Assembly (NCBI GenBank): GCA_036785375.1 | Contig: JAWMAR010000006.1 | Span: 4,960,001 to 5,024,000 of the forward strand | Direction: 5' to 3' | Source of the DNA: Leucoraja ocellata | Lineage: Eukaryota | DNA length: 64,000 nt | Notes under the pieces: model-generated | What the model was told of the DNA's origin: nothing | Seen by the model: only the letters and a program-made list of their open reading frames with translations | Databases searched by the model: none | Shown: one piece after another, positions 11,811 through 23,337 of the stretch | Position numbering within the stretch: the first letter of the stretch is position 1 | Layout: each line of letters opens with the position of its first letter | Position numbers and translations under genes: made by a program

Positions 11811-11973
11811 TGAAGTAACTTCACTTTAACTGAAAGGCATCAGTCTGAAGAAGGGTTTTGGCCCGAAACGTTGCCTATTTCCTTCGCTCCATAGATGCTG
11901 CAGCACCCGCTGAGTTTCTCCAGCATTTTTGTGTACCTTCAATTTTCCAGCATCTGCAGTTCCTTCTTAAACA
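11811..11973 (+). mobile_element. Penelope pLTR/hammerhead insert with 15-bp TSD
   Basis: ATTCTTCACTTTAGC at 11796-11810 and 11974-11988. Confidence 0.9.
11845..11872 (+). ncRNA. Minimal hammerhead ribozyme motif, intact core
   Basis: CTGAAGA A GGGT-TTTG-GCCC GAAA CGTT. Confidence 0.68.
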
Positions 11974-12731
11974 ATTCTTCACTTTAGCATTCCCTTTGCT
12001 CTACCTATTGTACATGAGTAAGGCTTGATTGCATTAAGATATAGTATTATCTAATAGGATTGGATATCAGGCAAAACAAAGCTTTTCACTGTACCTCGGT
12101 AAACATTCCTATAATAAACTTAACCCTTAGTGCAAGATTTGTTGATACCACAGAGGGAATATTGAAAATGTCATTTATAAATCAGCTGTGGGAGGTTGCT
12201 GCTTAAAGGCAGCCCTGCAGAAACGCTACCTTCCTTGTTCAATGACTGTGCCATCCTTTCTCTAAGCTTTGTGTGCACTCCGCTCCGAGTTTTTGAGGAT
12301 TACAGTCCGTGCTTTGAAAGGGCTGTGTTCCACGTTCTGTGTTAGATGCAGCCGTAACTGACACAGGAAGTATTTAGAGAATGTGTGAGCTGGAGCACAG
12401 GGCTGAAGAAGATGATGTGACAAACAGCATACACAATATACTGTATCTGGGTTGCTTTTTAAAAAATATACTTCATGACTCACCACATTGTGATTCTGGG
12501 CAAGGCTCAAGATCAGGCGCCGACAGATCATCGAACAGTCGATCCAACTTACAGGGAGAAAGAAAGAACTTACTTTGGTTTACATCTATCACAAATTTAA
12601 GGCCTCACAGAATACTTGCAGCCAACTAAGTAATTTTCAAGAGTGGTCGTTATGACAGTGTGAGGAGCATTGTCCTGATTTTTGCACAGAAGGATCGAAC
12701 AAACCCCCAATGATGTGTCAACATATGGGGC

Positions 12732-13035
12732 GGCACGGTGGCGCAGTGGTAGAGTTGCTTCCTTACAGCGCAAGAAACCCGGGTTCGACCCTGATTACAG
12801 GTGCTGTCTGTACAGAGTTTGTACGTTCCCCTTGACCAGCGTGGGTTTTCTCCGGGATCTCCCGTTTCTTCCCACACTCTGAAGACGTTCAAGTTTGTAG
12901 GTTAACTGGCTTGGTATAATTGTAAATAGCCCTTAGTGTGTGCGGGATCACGTTAGCGTGCAGGGATTGCTGCTCCGTGCGGACTCGGTGGGCCAAAGGG
13001 CATATTTCCATGCCGTATCTCCAAAGTAAACTAAA
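12732..13035 (+). mobile_element. V-SINE, full length
   Basis: A and B boxes, V-domain, tail. Confidence 0.9.
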
Positions 13036-14054
13036 ATGTTTTTGTTATGTTCGCGGAGGGAGAAATATTGACTGGGAAATTTTGGAAAAAAATCACATGT
13101 TCTTTATCGATGTCCCATCCAATCATAGTCATACAGCATAGAATCAAGCCCTTCAGCACACTGTTAATGCAAAATATCAAGTACCCATTGGTACTAATCC
13201 AATGCATCAGGTCTTGCACTGTAGCCTACTGTGCCTTGGCTGTTCAAATGCTTTTTCAAAGTACATTTAAAATGCTAATGGAGCACTTATACTCACCATT
13301 CTCTTGGACAGTCTGTTCCAGATATCAACCTTACTCTGGATGAAACAAATTATTCTTCTGAACCTCTTACCTTACACCTTTGCCCTCTGGATATAGACAT
13401 CCGCCAAGTTGGGCCTTAGTTTGATGTCACAACTAAAAGAGAATACCTCTGCTCTCTTTCTTCTCAAGACTCTGGAGAGGGGGCTGAAATTGCAACTTCC
13501 GTGTTAGAGTTTGGAACTGTCACCAAGCTGAGATTGACACCCAACCTGTGATGGAAAGTCATCAAAAACTTTTGATACTCGTAGTCTGAAATCAGAACAG
13601 TAAAGGTTGGAAGAACTTAGCAGGTAGGCATTTGGCCTGCAATATTGACTCTATCTCTCTTTGTAAATGTGCTGCCTGACCTGATGAATGTTTCCAGCAA
13701 TTAGGCTTTTTTTATTTCTGAGAAACCCATCCACACCACCCTGATAGGGTACAGTTATGTGAGTTTTAGTTACTAGATTAAAATGTGCACTACAGATGCA
13801 TCAGTTTGAAGAACGTAAATTCTGTAATTGAAAATTTCTGGAATTTAAAGGAAGTTTAATCTTAGTAACAGTGATCACAAAATGGTCAGATTTTTATCAG
13901 ATAGTTTACTGATGTCCTTCAGGGTACAATGTTTGCCATCCTTACTCATTCTGAACTGTACATGACTCCAGGCATTTCAATGTAGTTGATTCTTAGCTGA
14001 CTACAACAAGAACCCAATAGAAACAGGCGTAGGCCACTAGATCCCTCAAGCATA

Positions 14055-14349
14055 GTTTAGTTTAGTTTTGTGGTACAGTGGGGAAACAGGACCTTCAGCC
14101 TAACAAGTCCATGCTGACCATGAATCAGCTGTACACTAGTTCTATCCTACACACGAGGGACAATTTACAGAAGCCGATTAACCTACAGACCTGCACTTTG
14201 GAAAATGTGAGGAAACCGGAGCACCCGGATAAAACCTACGCAATTACAGGGACAACGTACAAATTCCATACAGACAGCACCCATAGTCAGGATTGAACCT
14301 GGGACTCTGGCACTGTAAGGCAGCAGGTCTACCGCTGCACCACTGTGCT
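14055..14349 (-). mobile_element. V-SINE, full length
   Basis: Reverse consensus match. Confidence 0.9.
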
Positions 14350-14639
14350 TGCCCTGCCGTACAATGTGGACAGAGCTGATCTTCCCCAGGACTCCACTCC
14401 TCTTCTATGCCGGTTCACCATAGCCCATAATGTTTCAAAAACTGATTTACCTTAAAATATTTTACCTTACCTGAGAGAACGTAGACAATAAATGGGAGCA
14501 TTACCAGTGGCATCCCTAGCCCCTAATGAACAAATAAAGGTTCCTAGAGTCCAGAAGAATGGACGGCCCTGTGACTGGCTATAGCTGCCATTTTAGATAT
14601 TTCATTGAGCAAGCAAGCTATTAGTTAAGGTGACCCTAT

Positions 14640-15075
14640 TTTAAAGTTTTACATAATTTTTCTTTCAGAAAAGACAAAGCAGGCGCCTATCCCTTAAACC
14701 CTGAGCCGTTTCAATTTTATAGTTCATCGTGCACAAATGAATATTATTTTCACACATTGTTCAAGTGACTCATTCTCAAGAAAACAGTCATACATTATTA
14801 ATCATTATTATTATAACCAGAGCACAATAGTCTTTACATGATTAATTTAGTCAGCTTGCTTTTATATTCCTCATTAATTAAATAAATTGTTGCACTACAA
14901 TCATTAAGTTCATTTTACAAAAACATTTCACGATGCAACATTTGCAGATTAAAGTACCACGCATTAGAAGCCCAATGAAGCTCTGTTGTCTGATTGTTAA
15001 TGAACATGTCATGTTCCCGTGGCTCTGTTTATGGTTACTTTACATTGGACATTCCGTATTAGCAGCACAGAATGG
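14640..15075. promoter_or_regulatory. Candidate conserved non-coding element / enhancer
   Basis: Repeat-free, AT-rich, dense homeodomain-like sites (TGATTAAT, ATTAATTA, TTTATGG); conservation not testable here. Confidence 0.4.
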
Positions 15076-15219
15076 TAGGAGACAACCACAGCACAAACTC
15101 CAGGGCGACTGAATGACTATCGGGTGAATGGCGATAAAAAGAAAAAAAGGCAAGCAGGCAGAAGTTAGAGTGGCTGAGCGCCAATGATTGTTGTGAGGTT
15201 AGTGTCTATCGGTGGTTGG

Positions 15220-15531
15220 TTTTAATTTAATTTAGAGTTACAGTGCGGAAACAGGCCCCTCGGCCCACTGAGACCGCACCGACCAACAATCACCCCGACA
15301 CAAGTTTTATCCTACACACGAGGGATGTTTTTTTACATAAACCAATTAACCTACAAACCTGCACGTCTTTGGAATGTGGGAGGAAACGGGAGCACAAGGA
15401 GAAAACCCACGCAGTCACAGGCAGAACATACAACCACGCAGTCAAACTCCATACAAACAGCACCCTAGTCAGAATCGAACCCGAGTCCCTGTGGCTATAA
15501 GGCAGCAATTGTACCGCTGTGCCACCGTGCC
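15220..15531 (-). mobile_element. V-SINE, full length
   Basis: Reverse consensus match. Confidence 0.9.
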
Positions 15532-15539
15532 ACCCGGTG

Positions 15540-16140
15540 CGAGGGTTATGCCTGAATGTCAATGGCAGCATCTGCTTGCAGCGTCTGAGCTTCAGTGTCA
15601 ATGTGAGGATGGACTTGCTGCAAATGAAAGTGTGGTTTTGATGGTTTCTATATGTCAATGGAAGTGTGAGGGTCAATTTCATGAGAAGTGCCCGAGGTTA
15701 ATGACTGGGTGCAATTGGTAGTGTGAGCCGTGCTTCTGTCAGTAGTGTGTGAAGATTGCTGACGGAGTGTAATTGCCAATGTAAGGCTTCCGTCTATCAG
15801 TAGTGTGTGTGAAGCTGATATCTGAATGTAGTTGAAATGTGTATGAAGGAACTGCAGATGCTGGTTTAAACACCTGTGTAGTTGGACGTGTGAGACTTGT
15901 ATCTGAGGCTAAGGTTTGATTACAAATAGGAGAGTGAGGATGATGCATTTGAGTGTCAGTGACAACATGAGGTTGGGGCTGAATGTAAATTACCATGTGA
16001 GATTGGAGTGTCTGAGGGGTAATGATAGGGCTAGCGTCTGAGTGCTGGGGGCAACATGGAATCTACTCCAATGGCTATTGGACATGGGATGCTGGCGTTT
16101 TAATGGAAATGTGACATTAGCAGCTGAGTTGTGCCAGTAG
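15540..16140. repeat. Highly degenerate GT-rich tandem repeat
   Basis: Recurrent TGTCARTRG..GTGTGA(G/A)G motifs. Confidence 0.5.
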
Positions 16141-16371
16141 TATGATCCTTGAATGAGCCTGTTCGTGTTGAACACAGCACACCACCTTTGAGCCTCACTG
16201 TGGTTCAAATGACATGTAATAAATATTCAATATTCAATAGTTACCAGACATCATCCATCTGCAATTACCTGGGCTAGATCAGATGCAAATCACACTTCCA
16301 TTAGCATCGCCCCATTAGCTGGTGAGGCACACATTCATTAACCTGCATCAACTTCCCTTCTGTTTGGATGA

Positions 16372-16420
16372 TGTGTGTGCGTGCGTGCGTGTATGTATGC
16401 ATGTGTGCATGTGTGTGTGT
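16372..16420. repeat. Imperfect (TG)n microsatellite
   Basis: Direct observation. Confidence 0.9.
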
Positions 16421-16424
16421 GGTG

Positions 16425-16915
16425 GTGATAGTGTGGTCGACCACAAAATGATTTGCAGAGAGTTGTGGATATAGCCCTCTCTCCTATCAGCCCCATCTAT
16501 ATTTCACACAGCCTCAGAAACGCAGCCAGAATCAAGGACCACTTCGATCCAGATCACTCCCTTTATCTGCACTCCCAACAGGCAGAAGATACACAAGCTT
16601 GAAAGCACGTAGTATCAGTCTACTGAACGGACCTCTCATAAAATAAGGCTGTAGTCCTGATCTCCCAACCTACCTCATTATAGCTCTTGCATTTTTTTCT
16701 TTTTCTTATCTGTATTTTTCCCCAATAGCAGTAATACTGTAATACAGTAGAACCATATTCTGCACCCTGGTTATTTTTCCTCTGTGCACTACCTACCTAC
16801 TTCAACATGGTTTGATTGTCCTCATGAATTGTATGGCTGACTGGATGCCATGCAAAACTGTGTTTTTCACTGCATCTCAAACACTTCACAATAATAAACC
16901 AATACCAATACCAAA
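16425..16915 (+). mobile_element. Degenerate Rex1/Babar 3' end
   Basis: TTGCAGAGAGTTGTGGA..CAGGCAGAAGATACACAAGC..TTTTCACTGCATCTC..ACAATAATAAACC. Confidence 0.7.
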
Positions 16916-16959
16916 CATGCAGTTTAATGTTTGGGCTGTTTGATAATAAAAAGAGATCA

Positions 16960-17458
16960 AATGATTGAGGAGATTCCCAAGTGGGCCGCGGGTCCAGTGG
17001 ACAGTAATATCGGGAGCCCGCGCTGGGAGACCGCTTTTCGGGGCTTCCGCAACGGCGACTTCTCCCGCCCGAGTCGCGGGGTCGAGGAGTACCTGGAGCG
17101 GGGCCTGACATCGCCCGGCGCGGCTTCAACGGCTGCGGGGCTTTGCTAGCGCCCGCCGGGGGCTCCAACAACAAGACCCGGAGCGCGGCTGTGCATCGCC
17201 CGGCGCGGCGTTAATGGCTGCGGGACAATTGCCATCGCCCGCCGGGGGCTTTGACTCTGACATCGGTAGGGGAATGGGGAGTGCAGGGGAGAGATACGTT
17301 TTTTTTGCCTTCCATCACAGCGAGGAGGAGATGCGCTGTGATGGATGTCTGTGTAAATTGTGTTGTGCCTTGGGTCTTTTTTTCTTGTGTGTATGACTGT
17401 AGAAACAACATTTCATTTGAGCCTCTATGAGGTTCAAGTGACAAATAAATTGTATTGT
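16960..17458 (+). mobile_element. CpG-rich non-autonomous retroelement with internal repeats and 3' hairpins
   Basis: Two approx. 60-bp GC repeats (17109, 17194), 12-bp hairpin 17311-17345, hairpin 17413-17441 then CAAATAAATTGTATTG. Confidence 0.7.
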
Positions 17459-17628
17459 GTATAAGTGACTATAGTTCAACTAAAGCAGTCGATAATAATT
17501 CCATAAAAAGCTCCTGAGCAGGTGCAATGTGAGAAGAGTTGTGTATGGTGGGGAGAAATGTAATACCAGAACTTGTCAGGAAATTTGGGGCATTAAGACC
17601 ATAAAAGGAGTGCCTATAAATACACACA

Positions 17629-17909
17629 GGCGCAGCGGTAGAGCTCCCACCTAACAGCACCAGAGACTTGGGTTTGGTCCTGACTACGACTGCTGTCTGT
17701 ACGGAGTTTGTACGTTCTCCTCATGATCCACGTGGGTTTTCTCCGGGTGCTCCAGTTTCCTCCCACACTCCAAAGACGTACAAGTTTGTAGGCTAATTCG
17801 CTTGGTAAAATTGTAATTTGTGTGTAGGATAGTGTTAGTGTGTGGGGAATTGCTGGTTTGCGTGGACTTGGTGGGCCGAGGGACCTGTTTCTGCACTGTA
17901 AATCTTAAA
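17629..17909 (+). mobile_element. V-SINE
   Basis: Consensus match. Confidence 0.9.
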
Positions 17910-18525
17910 ACTCAAAAAAACTCAGTATAACATGAAGTTTTATGTTAAATGTGAGAAAGCTCTATGTTTGAGTCTGAAAAAAAGATTATTTCAGTGTGAG
18001 TTCATTAGTCCTAAAACAGGAATTGTGCAGAATGGTGATGTATTACCATTCACGGGTAGACTTCCTGCCAGGATATGGCAACGTGTCAAGTTGCATCTTG
18101 CCATGTTAGGCAGGGTCACACTACATGTGGCAAACCTGGTGTTGTATTGCTAGTTTTGTTAAGATCAGGGAGGTCTGTGCTCGGGAACTGAATGGATTCT
18201 GATTCTTGGCAGATAGAATCGACATGCTAATCCACCCTAGTCACAGCAGAATTTGTTAGAAAAAGGGCTCTGTCCTTCTCATTACTTGCTGAACCATAAT
18301 GTAGGAAGGGGCATTTGAATGTCTGATCCTTGCACTGAGAAATATGATTTCAAATACTAATAGAGATAACTTGATTTTATATAAAGCCTTCAATGTGTAT
18401 TCAGATCTTTAGAAAACAGAGCAATTAGACTGATTGTTTTGTGGAAGAGAATTGCGGAATATATTACCAGAGAATGTCACAGAAACTAACAGTTCAAGGA
18501 ATGTTAACTGATATGAACAATACAA

Positions 18526-19200
18526 GGTAGACATAAATGCCGGAAGAATTCAGCAGGTGAGGCCGCATCTATGGAGAGAAGGAATAGGCGACATTTCGGG
18601 GAGAGACCCTTCTCCAGACTGATGTTGGTGGGGGGGGGGGGGGGGGGGGGCGGGAAAAATAAAGGAAGAGGCGGAGACAGAGGGCTTGTGGGAGAGCTGG
18701 GAAGGAGAAGGGGAAGGAGGGAGAAATCAATGACTATCTGAAATTAGAGACGTCAACGTTGATACTGCTGGGGTGTAAATTACCTAAGTGAAATATGAGG
18801 TGCTGTTCCTCCTATTTGCGCTGGGCCTCACTCTGGCAATGCAGGAAGCCCAGGACGGAAAGGTCAGATTCGGAATGGGAGGGGGAGTTGATGTGCTAAG
18901 CCACTAGGACATCAGGTTGGTTAGTGCGAACTGAGCAGAGGTGTTGGACGAAGCGATCGCTGAGCCTGCGCTTGATCTCACCGATATAGAGAAGTTGATA
19001 CATGGAATAGCGGATGCAGTAAATGAGGTTGGAGGAGGTGCAGGTGAATCTCTGCCTCCCCTGGGAAGACTGTTTGGGTCCTTGGATGCAGTCGAGGGAT
19101 GAGGTAAAGCAACAAGTGTAGCATTTCCTGCGGTTGCAAGGGAAAGTACCCAGGGAGGGGGTGGTTTGGGGGGGGAGGGACGAATTGACCAGGGAAATAC
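18526..19200 (-). mobile_element. 5'-truncated Penelope-like element (Neptune type): endonuclease, 3' UTR and pLTR
   Basis: GIY-YIG coding remnant followed downstream by the hammerhead-bearing repeat (18526-18620). Confidence 0.9.
18734..19195 (-). pseudogene. Penelope GIY-YIG endonuclease C-terminus with two in-frame stops
   Basis: PCNRRKCYTC Cys linker; FTCTSSNLIYCI..LLYIGEIKRRLSDRFVQHL..VA*HINSPSH..RK*EEQHLIFHLGNLHPSSINVDVSNFR*. Confidence 0.88.
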
Positions 19201-19256
19201 AGGGGCCAGGCATTCAAAACGACAGAATAAAGATTGGCCACTGATTTAGATTTGGT

Positions 19257-19567
19257 GGCACGGTGGTGCAGCGGTAGAACTGCTGCCTCACAGTGCCAGA
19301 GACCCGGGTTCAATCCTGACTATGGGTGTTGTCCATGCAAAGTTTGCACATTCTCCCTGTGACCTAGGTTTTCTCTAGGTGTTACTGTTTCCTCCCACAT
19401 GCCAAAGACATGCAAGTTTGTAGGTTAATTGGCTTCTATAAATTGCTCCTAATGTTTCGGATACAAAATTGGGATAACATAGTACTAATGTATGGATGAT
19501 CAATGGTCGGCATGGGCTCAGTGGCCGAAGGGCCTATTTCCACATAGTATCTCTAAACTAAACTAAC
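19257..19567 (+). mobile_element. V-SINE, full length
   Basis: Consensus match. Confidence 0.9.
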
Positions 19568-19639
19568 CTAGACCACAAGGAATGGCCGCTAATATGGGTA
19601 GTACAAATGCAATCACTGGAGAACTAGAATTGGCTAGTA

Positions 19640-20290
19640 CTATAACTAGAACTTCAAGTTCCTGGGTGTACGTATCTCTGAAGACCTGTCCTGGGCCCAG
19701 CTTACTGATGCAAACTTAAAGAAAGCTCATCATTGCCTCTACATCCTGAGAAGATTAAGGAGATTTGGTATGTCGATGAATACCTTCTTGAGGTCCACCT
19801 TACATATGTATGGTGAACTGCATATCGACTGGTTTGGCAACTTGAACACCCAGGACATTACAAACAGTGGTGGACACCACCCGGTCACCATCATGGGTTT
19901 TGACTTCCCCACCACAGAAGGGATCTATAGGAAGTGTTGCCTCAAAAGGACAGCCTGCATCACCAAAGACCCACACCACCCCGGCCACCATCTCATTTCA
20001 CTCCTACCATTGAGAAGAAGGTATAGGAGTGGAAAAACTGTGACCGCCAGGTTCAAGAATAGTTTTTTCCAAACATCCATTAAACTCATGAACACTACAC
20101 CACACTGATCGATGAACAATGGACTGTCTTGGGTCACACAATACTTTGGGCATTTTTTTTTGCACTAGTATTGAGGTTATTAATGTAATGATTTTTTTTG
20201 TGTTTATTACATATGATCTAGGCCTATTGTGTTATAGGCCTGTTGTGCGGCTGCAAGTATTCCCTTGTGGGTGCATACTGACAATTAAAC
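19640..20290 (+). mobile_element. Rex1/Babar 3' portion
   Basis: FKFLGV..SEDLSW..LYILRRLRRFGM..WFGN..KDPHHPGH..RRYRS..RFKNSFF. Confidence 0.82.
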
Positions 20291-20309
20291 ATTCCATTCT
20301 TGAGGAAGT

Positions 20310-20651
20310 ATGAAGGAAGAAACTGCAGTTGCTGGTTTAAACCGAAGATAGACATAAAAAGCTAGAGTAACTCTGCAGGTCAGACAGCATATCTGGAGAA
20401 AAGGAATAGGTGCCATTGTGGGTCGAGAGGGTCAGATGGAAGGTCTCAACCCATTTTTTGTGTCTATCTGTGGAGGGCCAAGGAAGAAATGGAAGGCTTT
20501 AAGGCCTTCGTGGTGGGGGATGGAGGTGTAGAGTGACTGAAAGTCCATAGTCTGAAGAAGGGTCTCGACCCAAAACGTCACCTATTCCTTTTCTCCAGAG
20601 ATGGTGTCTGGCCCATTGTGTTACTCCGGAGCTTTTAATGTCTATCTTCAG
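20310..20651. mobile_element. Two opposed Penelope pLTR elements (20310-20469 minus, 20549-20651 plus)
   Basis: CTGAAGAAGGGTCTCGACCCAAAACGTC at 20552 (GAAA mutated to AAAA at a CpG). Confidence 0.82.
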
Positions 20652-20699
20652 ACATTAAATTAAATTGTATAAGGAATGATAAGGGTGGAATAAGGAAAC

Positions 20700-20860
20700 G
20701 CAATTGAAGTGGAACAGTACATGAAATGTCCATTGATGTGGACAGTACAAAGAATGGACATCTGTGGACTGGGTGAACGATTGTTTATATTGATATGCAA
20801 AGATCAAGGAATGGACATTAGTGGACAGGACAAAAATGAGCATTGATATGCAGAGTGTAT
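20700..20860. repeat. Degenerate approx. 28/56-bp tandem repeat
   Basis: Recurrent GTGGACAG.ACA, GAATGGACAT, ATTGATATGCA. Confidence 0.6.
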
Positions 20861-21499
20861 AGCAGCTCAGAGGCAAGCGGATATCTTTCCATAGAGAAGC
20901 AATGGAGAAAAATGATGCAGCTATCATTGCACTCTCGTACTATGACCTGCTTGGGAATTTTAATAATTAAAAGGCAAGGCCAGAACTGATCATTCATCTG
21001 ACAAAATATATTCTTTTGAGATTGGCATAAAGAAAATCTCCTTCAAATTAGGTTGTTACGGTGGCATGACAGTATTAAGATGTATTGAACAACTAACAAG
21101 CCACAGATTCTAATCAGGCCTTACTGTGGATCAGTACGTCCCTTCATTAATTCAGATTAAATTTTTATAATAAAATATTGCATTATCAATTTTGTTGCCT
21201 GGCCATTCAAAGATAAATTTAATTATAGGGCTGGCTGTCCATTGGATCCCTGTGGATTAAATATTTCAAAATGTAATGATATCTGACATATAAAATGAAA
21301 TTGGTGCATACACTTCTTGTACTTCTCGAAGATTCTGTGTTGAAAGCTGGTGCCCGCTATGCTGAAGATTTGCAGGTTAGGAAAGAATAGCACAGAGGAT
21401 ATGAAGTAGTGATCAATTAACTGGGTTTTAGAAAACCCAATTTGTCCGCACCAAAATCTGACATCAAATGATAAATGAACAAATAATCCCCTCCAGTAA

Positions 21500-21645
21500 C
21501 ACAAGAAACTACAGGTGTTTGAATTTTGAGCAAAACCCAAAGTGCTGGAGGAACTCAGTGGGTCAGACAGAAATGGAGACTAAAGAAGGGTCCTGACCTG
21601 TAACATCATCTATCCATTTCCCTGCACAAATGCTGCCTGACCACC
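21500..21645. mobile_element. Old fold-back pLTR element
   Basis: Minus arm 21500-21570 then plus arm CTAAAGAAGGGTCCTGACC..ATGCTGCCTGACC. Confidence 0.65.
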
Positions 21646-21877
21646 CACTTATACATAAGGAAATAATTTACAACAGTCAATTGACAGACCAACCCATATG
21701 TGTTTGGGAGATGGGAGGAAACCAGGATGCCCAGCGGAACCCCTTGCAGCTGCAAGGATAAACATGCATACTCCACATCGACAGCACCAAGTTTGGGCTT
21801 GAACCCGGGTCTCTCTCTCTCTCTCTCTCTCTGTGGGAGGCAGTGGCTCTACTAGAAATCTACTAGTGGTTCCCTTA

Positions 21878-22240
21878 CAGAATAATGAAAGGCACAAATA
21901 GAGTGGATGTTGAAAGGATTTCTCCACTAGTGGAAGAGTCTGGGACCAGAGGTCATAGCCTCAGAATTAAAGGGGGCTCTTATAGTAAGGAGGTGAGGAG
22001 GAACTTTTTTAGTCAGAGGGTGGTTAATCTGGGCAACTTATTGCCATAGAGTGCTGTGGAGGACAAATCAGTGGATATTTTTAAGGCACAGGTAGACAAA
22101 TTCTTGATTCGAATGGATGTCAAGGGTTATGGGGAGAAGCCAGGAAATGGGATTAGGAGGTAGAGATCAACCATGATTGAATGGCGGAGTAGACTTGATG
22201 GGCCAACTGGCCTAATTCTACTCCTATAACTTGTGAACTT
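21878..22240 (+). mobile_element. CR1 LINE 3' end nested in an old minus-strand SINE (21650-21860)
   Basis: ESGTRGHSLRIKG..RRNFFSQRVVNL. Confidence 0.88.
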
Positions 22241-22989
22241 GTTGTGCCACCATGTTGACATCTGTGTGCTTCAGCCATCATAGTGTAGGGACAGACTTGG
22301 TAGACTATCCATTCTTACCTCCTTGTCTCTTTCCCATTTGTTATGTGTCTTTAACTTATGGCACAGAATTAAAAGTGCACACTACTTAAATAAAATAAGC
22401 AACAGTATATAACCTGATAAAACATCAAGTTCTAAATATGACTACACTGCATATAGTACATTCATGTGTTATTGATCTATACTTTGCAAAAGAGAGAGTT
22501 TTGAGATCACAAAGTGAAGGTGGTTAGAAGTATCGGGAGATGGACCATTTACTATTTCACATTGAAAGGAATCATTCACTGCAGGATTCAGTAGATTTGA
22601 TCACCCCCTGAGTGTATGGAGATTGGAGGGGGTGAGGGGTGGGGGAATAGAAAGCAAAAAGCCTAGAGATGCTTTGCACCAATTATATAGATCTCCTGGT
22701 AAGAATGCATTGGGAATATTGCGTACCTGTCTGGTCTCTCTACTTAAGACAATATATGTTTACAATGGAAGCAATCTGTTGGGTCACCAGGCTGATTCCT
22801 AACATGGCAGGTTTGTAGGAAAATAAGAAGTGATCACATGAAATGTTCCAAAATTCTTCCAGACCTTAACAAATTAAAAGCAAATTTGATGTTTTGTCTG
22901 GCTGGTGTGTATCGATCCAGGATTCACCGTCATAGACAAAAAGGTCAATGATAACACCCACATTTCTCTTTTGTCCCCTCTCTTTCTCT

Positions 22990-23337
22990 TTCCCCCTTCT
23001 AGCCATATCCCTCCTTCCAGTTTTAGATTTCACTCCTCCTCTTCTTTCATTACCTGACACCCTTTTGCCTCCTTGTCACCTCTAACGTTTGTCATTTACT
23101 CTACTCATCTGCCAATAACCTCACCCTTTATCTCTAGCTACCTCTCTCTTGTCGGGCTTTGCCCCATCTCCACCTCTTTTTCCAGCTTTCTCCCCCCTAC
23201 TCCAATTAGTCTGAAGAAGAGTAACAACCCGGACAGTTGCCTGTTCATTCCCTCTACAGATGCTGCCTTACCTGCTGAGTTATTCCAGCATTTTGACTTT
23301 AGCTCAAGATCCCAACATTTGCAATTCCTTGTATCTC
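22990..23337 (+). mobile_element. Penelope 3' UTR plus pLTR, decayed hammerhead at 23211
   Basis: TTTTAGA ORF end, pyrimidine-rich UTR, AGTCTGAAGAAG. Confidence 0.72.

Larger units (their letters stand above)
11600..12125 (+). mobile_element. Rex1/Babar 3' end, interrupted at 11811-11973
   Basis: NNFFPSALRLLN; tail GCTTTTCACTGTACCTCGGTA..ATAATAAACTTAAC. Confidence 0.75.

Noticed and set aside
15060-15081. TAGCAGCACAGAATGGT resembles the 5' part of miR-15 family mature sequences
   Set aside because: The 3' end diverges and there is no complementary arm downstream to form a pre-miRNA hairpin
16981-17070. Possible HDV-like or twister ribozyme in the GC-rich element
   Set aside because: Stems are present but I could not fit the required pseudoknot topology by eye
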